Shown here: positions 59,481 to 64,000 of the stretch, piece by piece
How the letters are laid out: each line of letters starts with the position of its first letter
Numbering within the stretch: position 1 is the first letter of the stretch
NCBI GenBank assembly: GCA_037447605.1
Contig: CM074810.1
Span: forward strand, 2,886,880-2,950,879
Direction of reading: 5' to 3'
DNA: 64,000 nucleotides
Origin: Zygnema circumcarinatum SAG 698-1b
Lineage: Eukaryota; Plantae; Zygnematophyceae
Position numbers and translations under genes: made by a program
Notes under the pieces: generated by a model
Seen by the model: the letters and a program-made list of their open reading frames with translations, nothing else
The model's database searches: none
What the model was told of the DNA's origin: nothing

Positions 59481-60937
59481 GCAGCAGCAAGGGAGACACG
59501 CGAGGCAGGTGCAAGGGCACTGGAGGCACGGGCAAGGGCAAGGGAGCAGGGGCAGGGGAGGCACGGGCAGGGGCAGGGGCAGGGGCAAGGACTCACCACT
59601 GCTCAAGCCCGCCGTCGTCACTTGCTCACCAGTCGCCGAGGGGGGTGGAAGGCGACAAGGAGGTGGGGAGGGAGGGAACACACCGCAAGGGGGGAGAGAC
59701 AGAGCGAGAGAATGGGTGAGAGGATGCAAAGGAGAATAGAGAAAAATCGCCTCCTGTTCGCGACTCGCCTCCAGGTCCCCACACACGGCGCACCTATGTC
59801 GTCGTCGCCGGCTCACCGTTCACTGGGGGGAGGCGAGCGGTCGCTCTGTTAGCTCCGCTCCGAGGATGGCTCAGGCAGCGGCGAGGGATGAACCCTAAAC
59901 CCTAACCCCGAGCAGATCTGAGCTCGCAGCGAGCGAGCTGGCGGGCAGGCGGCGGGACGCCGCTCGCGCGGTGGTGACGCGCGTGGCGACAAAACGGAGG
60001 GCGGCGGGGCGAAAGGGGGGGGTCAGACCTGGCCCGGAGATGCAAAAGGTTACGAAATTGCTCTCTTGAATTCGCGGCGCCCGAACCTGCCGAACGTCCA
60101 CTTTTTGCGAAAAAGGCTTGCCGTACAAGGCAGAATTCGCTCGACGGGCTTACGAAATTGGTTTGGCGATGGTCAAGGTCTGCCTCCCCCCAATGAAGGG
60201 GGCGGGTTATCATTTTCTTAATCGTAAACGTAGTTTCATTGAAGATCAGACCAATTGGAGAATGCCACGCGTTAAAATATACACGTGGCATATTCTCATT
60301 GCTTTGTATTTTGCAAAGGTTTAATCTTATTGAGAGCCACCCAATTAGAACAAGCCACGTGGCAGTAGCAATAGAAGAGCCAGTCAGCAAGCGCCAGTTG
60401 TGACCAGTCACACACTCACTCAAAATTATTACATAAACAGCTACAAACTACAAAGGCACACAAAGAGACAATAAATGGCAAAGATAAAGCAAAAACAATT
60501 CATATTCGAAAAACAAAAATAGAGGCAATGTTTTCTATGCGCACCTCTCCTTCCCTACCCCTTCCACATTCCTTCTTTCCCTCTATTTTTCCTTCTCCCT
60601 TTACCTGCACCTCTTTCCTGTTGCGGATCAGACATTCTCATTTTTGTCATACTCTTTTGTCGTTTTTCCAGCCATGTGTACTTTCACTTGGCTGTCTTTT
60701 TAGCCTATACTTTTTGTTCTTTTAGTTTGTACTTTTGTGGCCCTGTACTTCTCACTTGGCCGCCCTTTGCTCAGGCAAGCTATATGCTCTATTTGTCACG
60801 TAGCTCTTGCCATAATATATATAAAACAAATTAGGACATTGTATATTTTACCACGTTAATCACACATTTGTCTTTGTGTCAACTTTCTCTTTGTCCTCAC
60901 GTGTGATCGTACAATGTCCACCTCATCAATCACAATA

Positions 60938-63245
60938 GGTTATGGGCCCATTCATGCCTCCAATGCACTTGAGAAGTTTGATGGGACAAACTGGCACGAC
61001 TGGAAGTTTCAGTGCCAGCAGATCTTTGAGGAAGAGAACCTATGGTTTGTCATTATTGACTTAAAGACTTGTCCCTTATCACTTTCCTCCACCGCTCCCA
61101 TGGCGGACTTGACTGCACGCGCAAAGGAGACAACCGACTGGACCAAATGCGACAAAAAGGTGTTTATCCGCATCACCCTCGGCATTCAACAAAGTCTCAT
61201 CGGGCACATCCGCGATGCCACCACCTCCCACGATGCTTAGACTCTACTAACCAACGCATACGAACCTCAGAAGTGCTTTCACAAGCTCCGCCTGCGACGT
61301 GCCTTCACTAACTACGTAAAGGAATCCTCTGAAACCATGCTGATTTACATTGACCGCGTCAAATCTTTTGCTAGACGGCTCCATAGCATTGACTGCATCA
61401 TTCATAATGATGAGATCATTTGTAATCTTTTGGGCGGCCTGTCTGATTCTTTCTGGTCTTTCATCTCATCCATTGATGCTGCTTCAATTTTGTTGATTAT
61501 TGCTGATCTGACTGACCTCCTTTTGAATGAGGAAAAAAAAGATTCCACACCCTCCAGATCCTCCCACGCGTCCGCGCTTTTCAAATCTGTCCTCCTCTGT
61601 CCAACTCTCTTGGCGCCTTCTTTTATCCGTTCTACGAGGAGAAGACTCAGGTCAAGGACAACTATCCCGCTTTGGCCAAAAAAGAGGCGTGCCAATATTT
61701 GCCACGCCCTTCCGTACCTCCGCCTGCTAGCGTAGCAAATCTTGCGGCTCTTTCTACTTTGGCCCCTGCAATTTTGTCCCTCGCCGACCCTGTCGTACAG
61801 CTGACGTGGCCTCCCACCCTTACGTTCCCTACTGTTCCCTTGGTCCCACCGCCGCCGCCTGCCGTACATCCATCTCTTCACCTCGGCTTCCCGCCCACGG
61901 CCGGCCTGCCTCCCACCCCAAGCGTCGTCTACGGTGCCCCCGAGTTCGGCCACGCGTTTCTGGCCTCAGACCCTTTTGGGTATGACCCCTTTCTCCCTAA
62001 CTCCACCTGGCTTATTGACTCGGGTGCTTCCCATCACCTCACTTTTTGCCGTGATTGGTTCTCTCGGATCTCCCCCCTCCTTGTTCCTAAACCATTTTTT
62101 TGGGGGATAATCATTCCCTGACTCCCACGCATTTTGGCTAAGTTTTCACTCTAATTGACGGCCAGTGCTTCATCATTGATGACGTCTACTTAGTGGACGG
62201 GCTAGCAAAGAACCTGTTTTCTATCGCCGCCATCCTTCTTTTAGGCATTTTTGCTCTCTTTAGCTCAGATGGGGTTACCTTCTTTACCCCAGAAGCTGTA
62301 GTTGGGCACGGCCACAAAACCGACCGCCTGTTTTCTCTCACCTCTTTTGCGGCCTCCCTTGGGCACACCCATGCTCACAAAACTGACTCCTCCTTCACCT
62401 TTGCTCAGTGGCACCTCCGCTTTGGCCACCTTGCTGAAAGCATGCTGAAAGCAACCTCAAAACTCTCAGCCAGGCCTTAGTGTTGGGCTTAGACTCTTTT
62501 TCTACCGAAAAGTTTTATTTTTGTTCAGGCTGTATTCAAGGAAAAATAACCCGATTACATTTCCCCTTCAACTCCACTCTTGTCTTTGAACCTTTGGCGC
62601 TGATTCATTTTGATGTTTATGGCCCTATGCAAGATGTTTGCCTCGACGGCGCATCATATTTTGTCACTTTCATTGACCAAACAACTCATTTTACCCATGT
62701 TTTTCCCATTGCTTACAAATCTGACGTTTTCTCCACTTCCAAGAGTTCAAAGCCCTTGCAGAGACCCTTCTTGGTCACCGCATCAAGACCCTTCGTATTG
62801 ACAATAGCGGTGAATTTATGTCCACCGCCTTCTCCAAATACCTTCGCCTTCACAGCATCACCCATCAGACTACTACTCCTTACACCCCATAACAAAATGG
62901 CGTCGCTGAGCGCTTCAACCGCACTATCCTTGACATGGCTCGCTCTATGCTCCACTTTACTGACCTCCTTATGGCGTTTTGGGCGAAAGCCATCTCCACG
63001 GCCACTTACCTTCGGAACCTCTCTCCTACCTCTGCTTTCCCACACAGCATGTAACGAACGGTATGCATGGAGTGTATGACCTAGTACTTACATCCGCGGT
63101 TGCCTTTTAATGGTAAAGCACTTAGGTGAATACCGGGAGGTCCTGAGTTCGAACCCTGCTGGAGGCGGGTTTGTTGCACAGCACCCCTTATGAGGCCTGG
63201 CTGGGCGGCAAACCCTTCGTCTCTTATCTCTGTATCCTAGGCTTG
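60938..63245 (+). mobile_element. Decayed Ty1/Copia LTR retrotransposon internal region (PBS, gag, protease, integrase); RT/RNase H and 3' LTR not present
   Basis: PBS GGTTATGGGCCCA. Gag EKFDGTNWHDWKF...DKKVFIRI. Protease WLIDSGASHH. Pre-integrase WHLRFGH. Integrase LIHFDVYGP...YFVTFID...QNGVAERFNRT and TPYEAWLGGKP. Several stops and frameshifts. The 5' LTR probably ends at ...CA 60934; its start is not determinable. Confidence 0.93.
63050..63178 (+). mobile_element. 129-bp solo-LTR-like insertion (TG...CA, 5-bp TSD CAGCA) containing a tRNA-like sequence
   Basis: Ends TGTAACGAAC...GTTTGTTGCA (imperfect inverted repeat). CAGCA at 63045-63049 and 63179-63183. Removing it restores the integrase frame (PHS|TPYEAW). 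The interior has AATGGTAAAGC...AGGTC...GAGTTCGAACCC. Confidence 0.85.
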
Positions 63246-63306
63246 GGGCCACTGGAGTGTGAGTCGTTGAGGAGATGCTTCTCCCACTCGACTTGTACTT
63301 CGTCGT

Positions 63307-63999
63307 CTATGTTTCGACAACGTGGGCCATGGCCGCTCTCCTCTCATGTGTCAGCTGCATGCAGTCGAGCAGCTCCTTCAACTCGTTCACTGTCTGTCTC
63401 ATCATCCCGCTTGTCAGTTGCAAGTCCTCTATCACCTCTTTGAGGGCTCTAGCTTGGTCACCACCAGTCGTCTCCTCCATCCTCCTAGCACTGGTTGTTA
63501 TGTTGTCCACGCCTGTTGCAGCCCGTTCCATGCCTGCCAGCAGGATGGAAGTGGCAGATGTGAACGTGACTTGGGAGCTTGAGAGTGCCTCCATTGTTGG
63601 TAGTTGGGACCACACAATGGTGCTGTTGATGACAACATAATAGAAGTGCTTAACCAACACCTTACACACACCCACATTGTCTAAAACACCACGACTACTC
63701 CCTCCCTCCCTCACTATCCTGGCAGGGTGACTACTAGACGACATCGCCAGTCTAGGCTTGTCACCCTGACTGCCCCACATCGTAGTCATGACACTCCCGA
63801 GTTGTTGGGCCTCAAGTCCAAGGCATATCAGGTCGATCCTATCAACGACACTCGCGTGTTGCCTATCCATCAGGTTGTACAACGACTCACACATTGACAG
63901 GCACTCCTTCCCAGCCTCGACTGTCATCCAGTCACTGGCTGTCCTGGCATTGACTAGAATAACGCCATCATTGGACAACAGCCACGAGTGCCTTATCAT
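63307..63999 (-). CDS. Unidentified ORF with a C-terminal coiled-coil-like segment; probably continues beyond the right edge
   Basis: 230-codon open frame in non-repetitive sequence, beginning just past the point where Copia homology stops. No recognisable domain. Confidence 0.35.
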   Translation of the reverse strand: MIRHSWLLSNDGVILVNARTASDWMTVEAGKECLSMCESLYNLMDRQHASVVDRIDLICLGLEAQQLGSVMTTMWGSQGDKPRLAMSSSSHPARIVREGGSSRGVLDNVGVCKVLVKHFYYVVINSTIVWSQLPTMEALSSSQVTFTSATSILLAGMERAATGVDNITTSARRMEETTGGDQARALKEVIEDLQLTSGMMRQTVNELKELLDCMQLTHERRAAMAHVVET

Positions 64000-64000
64000 C

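Noticed and set aside
58117-59739. Cys/Ala/Gln-rich ORFs
   Set aside because: Translations of CAG and GAATGC microsatellites in a tandem duplication; no coding signal.
59391-59816. uORF or N-terminal extension for the mTERF gene (RRRRHRCAVC...)
   Set aside because: The ORF-track start is GTG, not ATG, and only one of three candidate acceptors would be in frame. Unsupported without cDNA.

Overview
Eukaryotic nuclear DNA from a green plant lineage. It is inferred to be a streptophyte (alga or non-seed plant) from the gene set and AAACCCT-type repeats; the host cannot be identified from sequence alone. Genes are GT-AG spliced and many introns are bloated with GA/CT tracts and minisatellites, so most ORF-track entries are spurious. 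Gene order: ELM1 (-, runs off the left edge), Psb27-H2/LPA19 (-), tRNA-Ala(AGC), MPH2/TL16 (+), PsbO (-), PAC3/PSMG3 (+, cut by a gap), a peptidoglycan-binding-domain protein (-, cut by the same gap), LpxB (-), tRNA-Gly(CCC), an unidentified locus (-), a 988-bp TIR element, a CYP86-clan P450 (+) with a truncated tandem paralog, a BRWD/PHIP-type WD40-bromodomain gene (+), an mTERF (-), and a decayed Ty1/Copia element. The most notable observations are: (1) a 129-bp TG...CA element with a 5-bp TSD and a tRNA-like interior nested in the Copia integrase; (2) arrays of a CCGTTGGATT(+GCCACGT) box at about 37-bp spacing with unique spacers, each pointing toward the nearest downstream gene start; (3) three consecutive nuclear genes for photosystem II lumen proteins; (4) intronic tandem repeats that multiply splice-site sequences. 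All gene calls come from recognising protein motifs by eye; no database search was run.
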